64,000 nucleotides of DNA from Monocercomonoides exilis PA203 (GCA_001643675.2 LSRY02000005.1:434001-498000), one strand, 5' to 3'. Shown: positions 1 to 14,801, numbered from the stretch's first letter. The notes: a model not told the origin generated them from the letters alone. Numbers and translations are program-made.

Positions 1-345
1 TGCTTTTTCCTTTAAGCCACACTTACAATTCGATCTGCTCCTACAAAATTGCTTTATTATGCATACGTTTTAAAGAAGGATAAAGCTCGTGCCACGTTTG
101 TTCGCGCATTTCTGCACTGGAAAACGATTGCAAAAGTATAATGAATCTTTTTTAGCACTGTTCTTTAACAGATTTATCTTTCAATTGAACTTTTGATTTG
201 ATGAATTTGAATGAATTATCTTTTTGATAAACTTAAAAATTTATCCATTTTTCAAACAAACATCCTTCAGCGACGTGTTGCATTCGAGCGATTTCTAACT
301 CTTCACTTTCTGTCAGAAAGAAGGCGAGTGCTAATGTTTTATTTT
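1..345 (-). CDS. Possible 5' exons of an unknown gene running off the left edge
   Basis: Short coding-like minus-strand segments (LAFFLTESEELEIARMQHVAEG; FIILLQSFSSAEMREQTWHELYPSFKT), each followed by a GTTTGT or GTATGC donor-like site. No homology recognised. Confidence 0.25.
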
Positions 346-498
346 CGATATTGGAGGTTTGAGAATTTTTGGCTGTTATAAACGAAAGTCATTGAAATTA
401 CAAAATTTGAAATAAACTCTTCTTTTCTTATCTTTTTGCAAAAAAAATCTAATAAATTTTTTGGGGGAAACGATTTTCATTTTAATTGAAATAAACAG

Positions 499-1214
499 AG
501 GAGAAGCAAGAAAAGCCAACAGCATCACGTCTGACGAGTTTGTTAAGCAGGAGGCTTGGGCGCAGTGCAAAAGATCTCATATGGGATGGCTTGTCAATTT
601 TATCCTCAATTTTTTAGAGATGATTTGAAGCATTCTGATCTCTGATTTCTTTTTAGCTTGTATTTCTGCGATGAATGCGGAGCTTTGGTGAAGGAGCCAT
701 TTGTTGATGTTTGTCTGGATCGTTGTTTTATAACCCTTTTTCACTGTTTTTTTCTTTGCGTTATTATTATTTTGTAATTATAACAAAAATTCCTCATTAT
801 TCATGATCACTTGTTAAATTTTTTCTTTATTTTTTCTGATTTCTGAATGTGTTTTTTCAATTCAGTTGCACCTTCTGTCACCGCTTTCACGTTACATGGC
901 GTCCACAAGCAGACTTCGCGATCTAACACTTTTCACTGATTCTGTTGTTGATATCACAAATGTGTCATCTGATGCAGTTCCTCAGTCGACAACTGTATGA
1001 CAAATGAAATTGAAGGAGAATGATATCATCTCTTAACATTTGTTTCTTTCTTTCTGCATTTGTAAATGCTAATTATGAAATTTTAAAATAAATTCAATGT
1101 TGTCAAACAACTTTCACTCTTTATCAACTTTATTTTCTTTTTTGCAATTACATTACTTTTTCACTTATTTCTCTTTCTATTTCTAAAATCACATTTTTTT
1201 TACCATTCATTCAT

Positions 1215-1248
<34 letters not shown>

Positions 1249-4200
1249 AAGCCTCAATTGGAAGATATACACTCAGTTGGCGTCGAGTCATCTCCTCCTT
1301 CGTTTGGCTTACTCTATTCGCGCCAGTCATTTCCTTACGCTTCTCCCGACAGAATGTACCTGCCATTGTCCTACAGCTCTTTGTGGCCAGACTCCTCGTT
1401 GTGTCACTATTGTGTGTGCAACAAAGCAGAAATGGATGCAGGTGATCCAAAGAAGCGCTCGAAAGAGCAGCTGAAAAGAGGAATTTCTCGATCACAGCTG
1501 TCTCGTATGCCTGGTGCGGATGTCATATACTCACCAGCTTTCAAAGCTGATCATGATTTGAATGTGAACGGAGATTCTGCTAAAAGAATGGAAACGTTGG
1601 TGATGTTTGAGCAGAAAGACTGTATGCGAAACTGTCGAAGAATAATCCTTTTTTATCAAGCAAATTTTCTCTTTTTTTCGATAGTTGGACTACTGAGTAT
1701 ATTTATTATTTAACTGTTTTCAAGTGATGTGGTTATTTTTGAATATTTGTAATGCAATTTATTTTCATTCTGATTCTTCAATTTATTTTTCATTTTTGCA
1801 TAAAATAGTAACATTTCTGCTTCGAAAAATCGCGTTTCTGCTCGTTCACCAGAACAACATGACTCATCCCGTTCTCAGCTTTTCTTCTCAATCTTCTCCA
1901 ACAGCGCAAGACTTGTATCATCAAAGAGTGAAAATGATTTTGGTTAAATACGTTTGTAATGCATTTATTGCATTTTAATTTATATTATTATGATAATAAT
2001 GCTTATCTGATTGTTTTCTTTCAATGGAATGTTTGTTAATACCATTTTTAATCATGTTTGCCTTTTTTTCAATAGAATGTTCCATTTGGTCAAGATTTCA
2101 ATATGAAAGTGTACAGCCAACTTTTGGCCGATCAGATAAAAGAAGGAATTGTTTGCTTTCACTATCAATTAGCTTATATTCATTTATTTGCGCAATTTCT
2201 ATTTTTCTTGGAAATTATATCCATTATCATCAAACTTCTCACATATCCATGTTGATTATTTCCTTCCTAATTATGCGCTTTTTTTCAAATTAATGATATT
2301 TCTTTTGTTTTCAGAAGCAACGCCAACAGCTTCAAAAGCGGGATGAAACGTTGCTTTGGCAATATTCTGTTCATGTTGCTGCTTTGCGCCTGTCGGCCAT
2401 TTCTCCAACATTCACAGCAAGCAGCAAAAGGAATTATTTGTCTGAGATTGCACGAATTATGAAGGAGAACGAGAAAGAGCAAGAGAAGAGAAGAAGAGAA
2501 GGCGAAGATTTTGAAGATAAAGATGAAAACAGAAATAAAAAAGAAGAAGATAATGAAGAAGAAGAAGAAGAAGAAGAGAATGAAGAGGAGGACGAGGACG
2601 AGGAAGAGGAAGAAGAAAACAGCACCGAAGAAGAGAATTCAGAAGAACCAGGAAGAGAAGAAGCAGATTTAAAAGGGCGCATACAAAGAGAAGACCGAAA
2701 GGAAAGTCTTAAAGTGAGTCCGAAAGAAAGCGAGCCGAAGGAGTTCGATGAGATTGAGGCGGAAGATGATGAGACGCGCAAGATGCTGCTTGAGCTGGAA
2801 CAATATCCGAGTCTGTTAGAGTCCTTTGAGCAGGCTGACCAGCGCTTCAGAGAGAAACAGCATCCGCCTCTGATGTTCAATGCGTTTGATGCGACGATTC
2901 CGGAAGAGCCAGAAATGGAGAAGGAGAAAAAGGACAGACGCGACAAAGAGCGGAAAAGGAGGAGGAAGCGGAGAAGAGAGGAAGGAGAGGAAGAGGAAGA
3001 AGAGGAAGAAAGCGAAGGGATTGAAGAGGTTAGCGAGGGAGGGTCAGTGTTTGGAGAGATGGAGAATGAAGATTCGACGATTTTTGAAGAAGACGAAAGA
3101 GACATGTTTGAGAGAGAGGAAGAGGAAGAGTACGAAGAAAAACAAAGGAGAGAAAGAGAAAGAGAAAGAGAAAGAGAAAGAGAAAGAGAGAAAGAGAAAG
3201 AAGCTGAGGAAGGAAGAGAAGGCAAAGATCACAATGAACGAGAGAAAACAAAAGGAAAGAAAGACAAAACAGGAAGAGGTTCGTCACTTTCACACAGTCA
3301 AAGCAGAAAGAAAAAGGAGAAAGGGAATTCTCGAAAAATCGCCCTTCATTTGACGCCTGTTGCGGATGGGTCGACGCTCAACACAGAAAAAGAAAAAGAA
3401 AAAGAAAAAGAAAAAGAAGAGCACAAGAAAAGAGGAGCCAAACACTCAAACGAGACGGTTCGCATGGGATTGCGAGAAAGGCCCTCAAAAAACAAAAGAG
3501 AAAAGCGGCTGAGCGACTCACGAGGCTCAGCGTCGTCTTCGCTGGCATCACTGTCTGCCTCTTCCTCTTCTGAGATGCTGAAGACGAATCCGTCGGGCAT
3601 TCCGCTGGCGTTTGACCGAGAGGCCTTTCTGAAGATGCTCAACACGCCGTCTGTCTCTCCAGTCATTCTGAACTTCAACGTGCTCGAAAAGCAGAAGCCT
3701 GAATCGTTTCAGTCATTTGAGTCACTCACTCCGCGCTCAAAGACATCGTTTTTTGCATCTTTGCTGGTAAAAGCGCAGGAAAAAGCAAGCGACAACACGA
3801 CAAAGGAGCTGAAGCAGATGCTGATTGAAGGAGAAAACTACGAAGGAAAGAAGGAGAAGGGAAAAGACATCCAAACTCCTTCTGCAAGGAGCAATTTGGC
3901 ATTTCCGTTTGGGAAAGGCGGAAAAAAAGGGAAAGAGAAGGAGAAAGACGACGAGACGACTTATTTAATGGGAACGGAAGCGTTTTATGATGAAGAGCGG
4001 TTTGATCCATTTGACATTTTTCGATCAGAAAGCAAAACATCGTTGGATCATGTCAAAATGGGAGACACAGAAAGAAAAAGAGCAAAAGACAAGCCACAAT
4101 CACAGCTCAAAATACGAGAAAAAGAGAAGGAAAGTAACAAATCGACGAAAAGAAAGGAGAAAACATCAGCTCGCACTGCTTCGCCTTCTCCCTCTGTTTC

Positions 4201-7200
4201 TTCCACACCTTCGCCAAGCCCTTCTCGTTCGCCGACTTCTTCGGCATCTCCTTTGCCACATGTGGGAAAAGGAAGAAAATCGAATGAAGGAGCGAAGGAG
4301 GCAAAGAAGAGAAAGGGATATTTGGCTGAAAGGAAAAAGACAACAGAAAAAGCAGAGAAAACAAAAAATCAGAAAGAGAAAAGCGAACAAAGTACAAAAA
4401 TAACCAAAGCGACTAAAAAAGGGAATGTCAAAGAAGCAAATGCACCAGAAGAAGGAACGAAGAAACACCAAACGGAATCGAAAGAAGAAGAGGAAGCATC
4501 AAAGGCTTCTTCAGCTGCTGATCAAAAAATACCAAGTTCATCAACAACAACTTCAGAAACGATGTCTTCATCGCATCTTCCAATGTCTTCAAAGTCAACA
4601 TCATCAATGGCATTAGCGTCTGCAACTGCGTTATTGCGTTCCCGTTCTCCTTCTCCTTCTCCTTCACATTCGCCTTCACCTTCTCGTTCTCCTTCATCAT
4701 CTTCTCTTCTGAATGGCCGAAGTGTCTCAAGCAGATCTCTGAAGCCAGCTAATTCAAGCTCGCAATTGAAAATACAATCAACACGACTTTCAACTGAAGA
4801 TGAAGGTGTTTTATCGAAGGAAGCACTGGAAGAGCAGCTGATGGATGACTTGGATGAAAAGAATGTGTTTCGGCTGCTATCAGAACTGATTAAAGCTGAT
4901 CAGAAAGAAAAAGAATTGGAAAGACAGGAGAAGGAAAGGGAGATGGAGGAAGAGGCAGAAAGAGAAAGAGAAAGAGAAAGAGAGAAGGCAAAAATGGAAG
5001 AAGAAGAAGAGAAAGAAAGGAATATGAAAGAGGATTCAAACAATCAGCTTGAGAAAGCAAATGATGAAGAAAAAGAGAACGAGATTGAAAAGCAGAAACA
5101 AGAAGCAGAGAAAGATGAAAAAATGAATGAACAAAACAAAAAGCAAAATTCTTTCAGAGTTGAAAGTGAAAAGCCGCAAACAACTGAAACTGTGCAGAAA
5201 GACGAAATGAAAGTGACAAGCCAAACAAAAAATGAGGAAAAGGCGAATGGAGAAGCAGCGAATCAACTTTTGTTGAATGAGACAGCAACACCTCCATCGA
5301 CACCTGAAGTGAATGAGATGAGAACAAAAGTTGATCAACAAAAGGAACAAGTAAATCAGCTTGTGCATATGGAAGATGAAACTCTAATGGTGAAAGAAAA
5401 AGAAAAGAAAGAAGAAAAGGAAAAGATTAAAAAAGAAGAGGGCTTGGAAGGAAAGAAAAATAAGGTTGATGACAAAAATGAGATCGCTGAAAAAGCAGAA
5501 AGAAAAGCTGATAAAAATGCCAATGTGGAAGCACAAAAAAAGAGTGTAATTGTTCGAAAGGCATCTGAAGGAAGGATATCACTTGTCTTTTCAACTTCTG
5601 GTGACACCTGCAAAACAACAGAAGCTCCAATCAATGCAACACAAACACCTTCTCTTCCTCCTGCTTCTTCTGCAACGCCAACACCAAAAGAGAATCTAAA
5701 TTCATCCGTCAAACAAACAAAGCCAGTTGTAACCAAAGTGGAACGGTCATTCAAACCGAAAGTGACAGAAAGGCCTGCCCGCACCATCAATGTGATGAGT
5801 GAAGAGCAGAGAATGCTGCACGAAAGAAGCACGTCTCCGCAGTCGCCAAAGGCAGCCTCAAAAATCAGAGCGAAAGTTCCGACGGTTGTGAGAAGAAGAT
5901 CCCCTTCGCCTGAGAGTCACTCGCAGACTGCACAAAACACAAAGCAGGAGAATTCACAAGATGCTCAAAGGGATTCAGTTAAACAAGGAAAATCTGCCTC
6001 TGCTTCGACAACACATCTGACTGATTTGAAGTTTCCGATGATTTCGAATGCGTCGTCCTCTTTTTCTTCTTTTTCCATGTCGCCTTCTTCGCCATCTGCA
6101 GACAAGTTTCCGATGGAAGCGACAGAAACCGAGAAAACAGTAGCAGCGCCTTCCTCACAAACACAAATGCACAATGAAAGAGATGAACAAAAACCACAAC
6201 ACGAAACATACTTTCGTGTAATTCCAACGCCACTTCCAGAAATGTTCCAGCAGCCACTTTTACTTTCATCTTCGTCTTCATCTTCTTCGGATGAATCATC
6301 ATCATCATCTTCTTCTTCTTCTTCCCTTATGCCTCCGAGTTATCAACAGCCCATGTCGCATTCTCCTCTTCTCATTCAGCCGTTGAGTCCTCAGACTGCT
6401 CTCACATCGCCCACTTATCCGCATTCATTAGAACGAGCATTTCCTTCTGTCGATGGCTCTTCTTCGCCTGCTGCTCCTTCTCCTTCTCCTTCTCCTTCTC
6501 GGCAAAAGACTCAATCTTCTCAGCAGCAAAAGCTGAAAACTCAGAAAGTTGACAAAACAATAAAGTCAAAATATATTTCAGACATCAAGTTTGACGCAAA
6601 ACGAGAAGAAAGGCGGAAGAAAATACTGGAAATGAAGAAGAAAGCAGAGGTGATTGCGACAATATCTGAAAGGCTGGACAAAGGAAAGATGCCAGAAAAG
6701 ATTACTTCTCAACTGGAGCAAATCAGAGAGCTGATGAATGCACTGCAGACGGAAAACAACTTGGACGAATTCAATTTTAGTGGTGTTGAAGAGAAGGAGA
6801 CGCAGAACAGTTCAATGCAAGCTCGTTATTCAGATTATGAGCCTTCTTCTTCTTCTTCTTCTTCTTCTTCAATAGCTCCAATTGAGAACAGTGCACAACG
6901 AAACATGAATGAACTTGAAAATGACAACGCTGCTGATGAAAGTCCGTTCACTCGCAGAACAGTCGAGTCAAGTTTTGTGTATTCGACAGCTGATCCTTCT
7001 CAATCATCAACAGCTGATAGCTCATTTCCTTCAAATTATGCCAATCCATCTTTCTCCTCTTTCAGTTCAAGTGCATTTTCCTCATTTTCTCCTTCTCTTT
7101 CGTCTTCTCCTGTGCCTTCTTCTTCTTCTTCTTCTCTTTCCTTCTTCAAATCTCCTTCCACTCAGCTCATATCTTACAGCTCTTCCGAAAGAAGAAGCGG

Positions 7201-10200
7201 CTTCGAGCCACCAGCCTCAACTTCAACAAACATTCAACAATTTTCTCAGTCATTTTCGCTTTCTTCTCAAACACCTTATTCATCATCTTCTTCCTCTTCT
7301 TCTTCCTCTTCCTCATCTTTGATAGGATTACCAACTGAACAGCCTGTTTCTTCTTCAATGGAATTTAAGACTTCTCTTTCTGATGGCAATGTTTTGCCTT
7401 CTTCTTCGTCTACTGCTTCTTCACATCAACACATTTCCCACAGCAAACAAGAATTGACCAATAGCAGTTCTTCATCAGAATCTTCTCATTCTATAGAAAA
7501 CAGGAATCAAAACAGACGTTCACTTTCTCCGCCAGATATTTCTGATCCAATTACTTCTCTTTCCGCCGCCATGCCAACTTCCTCTTCATTGCCAAGCATC
7601 AATTCTTCAAATGCCAATCAAATAAAATCTTCAAAATCTGATCTTTTGAATGAAAGCACAGCTGAAATCCGTTCTTCAGTGAGTGTTTACCAATTCCCTC
7701 CAAAAAAGCTTGGTGCTAGTATTTTCAAGCAGCCTTCACCTGCTCCTCCAAGCAATGCTCCAAGATATTCTTCTCCTTCTTCGCCTTTCGCTTCTTCATC
7801 TTCTTCTTCTTCTGCAACTTCTTCGTTTCGTCTTCCAAAGTCTGTTAATCTCTCTTCTTCTTCGCTGACTGCTCAATCTGACCATATTCTTCAACAGAAC
7901 ACCTCAAAACACGATCAGCCTTCATTTGCATCAGAAACAAGACGTGTTCCTATTCGATCCCTCAACGCTCTTCGCAATTCTGCTTCTCCAACTTCCTCTT
8001 CTTCCTCTTCTTCATCTGTTGCCTCGCCGCTTCTTCAGCCACCAACATCTCCTTCTTTCTCAGGCAATCCCTTTCAAGCTGAAGCTGAAGAAAGCGAAGG
8101 AGCAGCAGATGAGCTGTATCTTGTGGCAAAAGAACCTAAAACGTTTCATTTTGCTTTGGGAGACGATAATGACAAACAAGACAAAGCAATTCGATTTGGC
8201 CACTCTGTTTCAAGGGTGAATGACTCAAATGTGCAGCAGTCGCAACAGCATCCACTTAGTGCACCTTCTCTTTCACATCCAAAACAATCTTTCATTTCTT
8301 CTTCATCATCTTCTATGTTGCATCTGACGACAGATGAATCCATTTCCAGGCAAGATCCACAGAAACAAAGCAAAAGTTCTCTTCCTCCATTGATGCAGTC
8401 AGAAGAGCCTTCTTTTGCCACAGCAGCAAATGCAACAAGAGCAGGTTCTGTTCGAAGTGTTTCCTCGCTTTCTGAGAAGAGAAGGAAATCTCCTTTTCTT
8501 CTGAATGAATTCTTCGAGCCTGGCAAACAAAATGGTATGCCTGGCAATTCGATTGATTTGTTTATGCCTTCTGAATCAAAGAGAATGAACGCATTGTCAA
8601 CTTCTGTTTCATTGTCTTCTTCTTCTTCTTCATTTCCTCGTCAATCTCAAATTTCTCCTTTTGTTAGGCCGACTTCACTTTCCCAATCAATATCATTTTT
8701 ATCCACACAGCAATCACTCCACACAACTTCAGCTTTTCAAAAGGGCGATCCAAATGCTATGCCTGCTGTCTCAACAGAAAATGCTTCTCAGTCTGTTCAT
8801 TCTGATCATTTGAGACAGGCCAAACAGCCTGCTCACATTCCTCTTCGAACTCTTCTGCCACCGATTCAAAATGGAAACTCAGAGAAAGAAGAGGCATTTG
8901 ATTCACAGGAGCAAAAACTGCTAAAGATGCAATATGAACATTCTCTGAATAGAAATAAGAAAAAAACACTTATGAATGTTTGGACGCAGCCGACAGATCC
9001 AAAAAGGATGAATGAAGAAAGAATGGAATTGAGCCAGTTGGAAAACTCAATGGAACACTCAAAAAAGGATTCAACAAACAAAAGTTCATTGGACACTCAA
9101 AAGCAAAGAAGAAATACTGAAAAGGAGAGAGGTAGACAGCAATTTCCCTCCGAAGAGCTGACAACTGCCAATCTTGTTCGACTCGGTGTGGACGATGAAG
9201 ATGTATTATCATCCAATTATCAATCATCACCATTGCCATTTTCTGATACAAATTCTGATGCTTATAATTTTGCTGGTCCTTCTCTTTTTCCTCGCTCTCA
9301 ATCTATCACCAATTTGTCTATGCATTCTGATCACTCTGAACTTTCATTGCTGTCTTTTCCGAATGAAGAGGAAACAGTGAATGTGGCGTTGGATTCGGTG
9401 AGGAAGCGGAACTCACTAACAGTCGCCGAGCGTAGCCTCGGAATCAGCAATGATCCATCATCGGAAGAAACCAAATTTGGAGGAGGAATGCGAAATGTGT
9501 TGGATGGAGAAGGAAGAGGAGCGGGAAAGAATATGTTCAGTGGAATTAGCAGAAAGAGGAATGATGCAAACTTAACTCTCACTGCAAATGGAGGATTTCC
9601 TCAAAAGCAGCCAATTTCTATTGATTGGAACACGGCAAATTCAGATTCAACTTCGGTGAAATCAAAAAGAAACGAGTTTGCAGACAAAGTCGCAGAAAAA
9701 AAGCACATTACAGTTGCAAATGAGCTCACTCCACTTCCTCCAGTCAGAAGAGTGAAAGACAACAGAATCACTATGGCGTCTGCTTTGGACGCTGGAAATA
9801 AAAACAAAACTGAAGACGGGAAGATAAGAAAGAAGTTGCAAGGTTCAACAGATGGCAGCACAGTAAATCCAGCAACAGCGACGAAACCATTTGCATTATC
9901 TCCTCCTCGTCGAAATGTGGATTCTCTTTCTTCTTCGATTATAATTCCATCTGATGCAAAAGTGAAAAGAAGAAATGAGATGAAAGTTGAAGATGCCGAA
10001 GCTGTGCTGAGGAGCGCTTTGAAAACAATGGAGAAGTATGGATGGACTGATACAGAAATGGAGAACAAAAAAGAGGGGAAAGAAGGAAAAGACGAAGAAT
10101 TGCTGAATGATTCATCGTTGACGGGACAGCCAAAGAAGGGGAAAGCCAGAAAGCAGCCTGTAAGCTATCTATCTGTTTCGCGAAGGCTGTCTCGATCGCC

Positions 10201-10915
10201 TCCGAGAATTGATTTTAATGCATCATCAACAGCATCGCTATTAGCAACTGCTACTGCTTCAAAAACATCAGCACCGCAACTGCAAACTGTCTCAACACTT
10301 AACAAGTCTGCAACTTTGCTTGAAACTTCGACTCAGAAAGCGAAAGATGATGCAACAGATAAAGAACATATCAAACAACAAAATAATATGCCCCGATCTT
10401 TTTCTCCACAAGCAAAATTGCTTTCTCACAAAGCACTTTCTTCAGATGCAACGCAGAAAATGCAGCAAAGCCAAATTAAACATATTCTTGACAGATTGCA
10501 AAAGCAGGAGGTTTCTTCCAACAGCAAAGGAGTGAATCCTGTTGAAACTGAGAAAAAGAAGGAAGAAAAGAAGAGTACCATCGCAAGTAATGTTACAAAG
10601 AGCAAAGCTGACAAAAAAGATAAGCATTCCGAAATAGCTACTGCTTCAAAAATGGAAAGAGCTTCTCCTAGAGTTAGTAAGAAATCATCAAAACAGCCCA
10701 TATCAGAACTCAAAAACGATAGTTCAAAGAAGATTGACCGAACAAGACCAAAGCCATTGACAATATTTGAAAATTCACCATCATCACAATCAACCATTCA
10801 AGCTTCAGTTTCTTCAAAGAGAAAAAGTGAAGAAAGTGATGATGTTGAAAATCCAGAAGATATTCTTGAAAATTTGATGAATGAATTTTTGGGAGACATA
10901 TCTTCTTATCTTTAA
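499..10915 (+). CDS. Very large multi-exon, low-complexity (Ser/Glu/Lys-rich) hypothetical protein of more than 3000 aa
   Basis: Terminal exon ~2315-10915 (2854-aa ORF whose TTG start lies just after a ttttcag acceptor). Upstream small exons ~659-708, 866-994 and 1252-1621 join in frame via GT..AG; further exons lie near 1810-1950 and 2075-2150. The N-terminal part has CxxC motifs (YFCDEC, LCHYCVC). True start uncertain. Confidence 0.7.
3148..3200 (+). repeat. (GAGAAA)n coding microsatellite giving an Arg-Glu dipeptide run
   Basis: Visible tandem repeat; translates as REREREREREREREKEKE. Confidence 0.85.
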
Positions 10916-11039
10916 AAAATTTATTTATCTATGTATTTCATTATAAATGCTTTTGAAGCAAATTTTCTGTTTTGATCATCAACCTTTGTTTGAATCATTT
11001 CTTTTTTCTTTTGTTGTTTTTCGTTCAATAAAAAAGAAA

Positions 11040-14002
11040 ATGAGTATTACTGCAGAAGGGTTCACCGATACACTACCTTTAGAAGAGAGATATGGAGATC
11101 TCCTTGATGTATATGATCCACGTGATTGGTGTGAATTTGGATTCCCTTATCACAATTTTTTTGAAGTTTGCAAATGATAATCGCATATCATATCGTTTCT
11201 CCAAAAGGTTGCATAGATATGATCAGCCTGGAACACCTCAGCAATGGAAAGATTTCACAAATCCAATCAATAATTTACGTTTCCTCCAACAATCTGAAGT
11301 TGATTCTTCAGAAGCCGCTTCGCAAAGCTCATCTACAGAACCTTCTTCAAGTACTTCTCCATCTAAAAAATCTTCCCCGGCAGCTTCAAGATACGGAGTG
11401 CATCTTGTTCCTCAGACAACGGATGTTCTCATTTGCCCATTGTGCAAAAAGAAAATTGAAAATCCGTTTCCTGGGCAGCCAATAAACTGGCACATACAAA
11501 TTTGTTGGGCGTGTGGAAGATATTGCTGCGAAAGCTGTTCAAATATTGTGGATTTGACTCAAATAAAACTGAAAAAAGGAGAGCAGCCTCCAAGTCCTCT
11601 GGAACTTGTGTGATTGTTTTCATTCATCAGTTTTCTTAAACGCAATGTTAAAATTTTGAACTTTAGGGAAGTTGTTTCCATTGTATGGCTCCATTAGGAG
11701 CGTTATCAACAACAATGAAGAGAAGGGTTGACTGGGGCTACCGTCTATTCGATGAAGAGGGAGATTTTCATTCAAATCCAAAATTTGCAGCAGCTCTTTG
11801 CATAGCCTCGGAATGTGATCCTTCAGCAATTATGGTTTGATGGAAACGCTTTTCATTATTTGCCTTCAAATTTTAAATTTTCGTTTATTTTAATGTTGAA
11901 TTTCATTGTTTTTCAAATAAATACCTCAAATGAAAACGTTCATGACATTTATCTCATATAACTTTCGTTTTGCTTCTGTTGTCATCCTATTGATTGTTTT
12001 CTTTCATCTTTTGAAATTATCATCATATAGGCACAAGATCTGATTGCTAACAAGCGCGATCCAGTACAAGGCTGTGCTTATCTCACACGCGGGATAATGT
12101 GCATGAATTATGTGGAATCACTTGCACCAACGTTGATCAACGGCATTTATGCACACTTTTTGTATCGTACTCATTTTTTGCGTCTGTCTGTGGAAAAACG
12201 GTTCGGTTTGTGGGGAAAAGAGTGTAACAAAGACAAAATTGTGGCCGAGCAGGTTGATGAAGAAGGGATGCTGAGGGCCAAAATGAAGGAAGAAAAAGAG
12301 AAGGAGAAAAAATTAGAGACTGGAAAAGAGGAAAAGGCAGGAGAAGAAGAAGCGAAAGAGGAAATGAATGATGTTGAAAGTAAAGAGAATGCAGAATCAA
12401 AGAAAGAAAAAGCGAAAAAACAAAATCAAAGTCCCGCTTCAAGCGATGAAAGCAGTCCTCCTCGTTCACTTTCAGCTTCTCCACCACGTGTTCCTGTTCC
12501 AAAGAAAAAAGATGATTCAAAAAAAGCCAAATCAACTTCAGCTTCTTCGTCATCAACATCTTCTTCTTCTTCTGAAGGTGATGAAGAAAATGAGTCTTCA
12601 AAGCCGGAATGGGCAATACAACCAGTTTTAGACGATGAGGCAGCAAAAGAAGAAGAGAGGAAAATTTTAAGTATTTTGATAACTAAAAAACCAGACGCAT
12701 TCCAATCAAAGACTTCATATTTTTGTGCTTTGTCTGTGCTCCCTTCTGGTTATCCAGATCCTTTGCAACTGCCATTTCGTTCGCTGTATATTGATATGTT
12801 TTCTTTGCCAAATGGTATGATGTTTTTGAACGGGTGATTTGATCTTTTGGAAAGGAAATATTCTTGCTGTTAATATTTATTTGCTTTTGAAAAAGAAGAG
12901 AATAATTTTTGTGTTTTTTTTAAAAAAAAATGATGAAAAGGATTTTTTATGAATTATTAATCTTTTTCATAAATTTTAATCATTTTCTTTCTTTCTATTT
13001 TGATGAAAGGCATTCAACTTATAAGAGATGATCGTTTTTCGAGGCATTTGATATGCCGTTGCTGCACAGGAAATGCCAGAGCAAGGGCTTTGGGAATACT
13101 TCACAGAGGATTGATGTCTTATCTGGGGCATCCAAAAATGGTGATGATGAGAATTATGGTTTGGATTATTAGCAGTTATTTATTGAAAATAAGAGCTATT
13201 TTTTCTGTTTTTGGAAATTGCATTTCTCTTCAAAATTGATTCATCTGTTGATCAATGCCTCATGACTGATATATTGATGACTCAAATGTATACTGAATAA
13301 ACAGGATATAAGGTGGGTATTTGAAACAGAAGAAGGGGCAGAGCAATACATCAGAGAATGTCATGACAAGCTTACTGAAGGACAAAAGGCTGTCCGTGGA
13401 ATGAAAGACATCGGAAAGAACTTTACATGTGTTGGGGTTTGCTATTCGTAAATATCAAAAAAAAAATTTTGACTGTTCATCTATTTTTTAATAATTATTA
13501 ACTAACATAAGGGGCCAAAGGCTTCACGAATACACGATATACCAGTGCCATCGTATGCTTTCATATTTCGCATTGGAAGAGTTGTGCTGAAGATTTATGC
13601 AGCACAAGGGCCTGAATCGACAGTTGTGCTTGATCCATCTGCACTTTCGACTCTGTCAAAAATTGCTGCAGCGAAGGCTGCAATGCTGAAATGTATGAAT
13701 ATTTGATATTGATTTTTTATTTCATTTAAAAATTTCTTTTTTATTTTTGAATTTATTTCGATAAATTTCTGATTCACCAAAATTGTATTTGCTTGCTCTT
13801 GATTTCAGTCCCTTCACCTGAGCACATTCAATCACTTATTGCGCAAAGGGATGCAGATGGCGCATTCGGAGCGAAGTTAGAAGAGAAAGTGAGAAGAGAA
13901 GGAGCGAAAAAATCAAGGGAGCAGGTTATTTCTCAACATGTATCAGCTCTTACTTCAAACGATCCAAGAGAATTAGCATCTCTTCCAAAGGCAATTGGCT
14001 AG
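11040..14002 (+). CDS. Multi-exon hypothetical protein with an N-terminal Cys8 RING/FYVE-like zinc finger
   Basis: ATG at 11040. Exons at ~11040-11128, 11209-11607, 11668-11835, 12031-12813, ~13010-13140, ~13304-13448, ~13512-13691 and 13810-14002 are bounded by GT/AG. The spliced motif reads CPLC..CWACGRYCCESCS..GSCFHC. Confidence 0.65.
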
Positions 14003-14801
14003 AAAGCGAACTTGCTTATCTGAGTAAATTGTTAATTCTTTTAAAATTTTTTATATGTTAATTTTTCATTAGATGCAATAATTCTTTTGTTATTGTTTTT
14101 TAAATATTTTTAGAGAATAAAAATAAAATAAAATAAATTAATGATTATCTTTTAAAGATTTGTACAAAATGAAAATTTTGAAAAAATGGAGATTTGCGCA
14201 CCACAAGGAGGCTAATTGCTTCCAAATAACTCTTTCGCAATAGAGAATTAACTTTCTTTTTGTTGATCATAAAAGCTACTCAGTAATGAGCTTGTCATAA
14301 AAAAGAAATGAATTTATCATTTCGGTTTTTATTTGTTTTTGTTTATTTGTTTTTGCAACACATATTTTTGATAAAAAGAATTTTGAAGTTTAAACATGTT
14401 TTTCGATTAGATGGACAATTTGAATCATTTGTTTCACCACAAGAATCTTCAGAACTTTCAAACTTTTGTTCCGATGGTTACATACAAATTCACATTGAAT
14501 TTATTTGAATATTGTTCTTTCTTTCTCTTAGAGTGAAATGAAAAACAGAAATTATAAGTAAATAGTTGGAATAAAAACCATTTAAAACATTGACAAGAGA
14601 GAATAACATGATCTGACGTGCTGTTATCTTCGTTTTTCCACAAAATAAAAATGATAAAAATAATGATTGGAGATTATCTGTAAAAAATAAAAAAGAAAGA
14701 AAGAAAAATTGAGAAAAAAGGAATCCAAAATGAAAACTATATATTCATATATTTTCACTTCATCAACTATCTTCGCTTTAATTTTTCATTTCTTTGCCCA
14801 T

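Noticed and set aside
585-660. Possible GC-AG intron (GCTTGT donor) producing a CxxxHxxC..CxxC motif
   Set aside because: A canonical GT donor 4 nt downstream also splices in frame using another open reading frame; it cannot be decided without cDNA.
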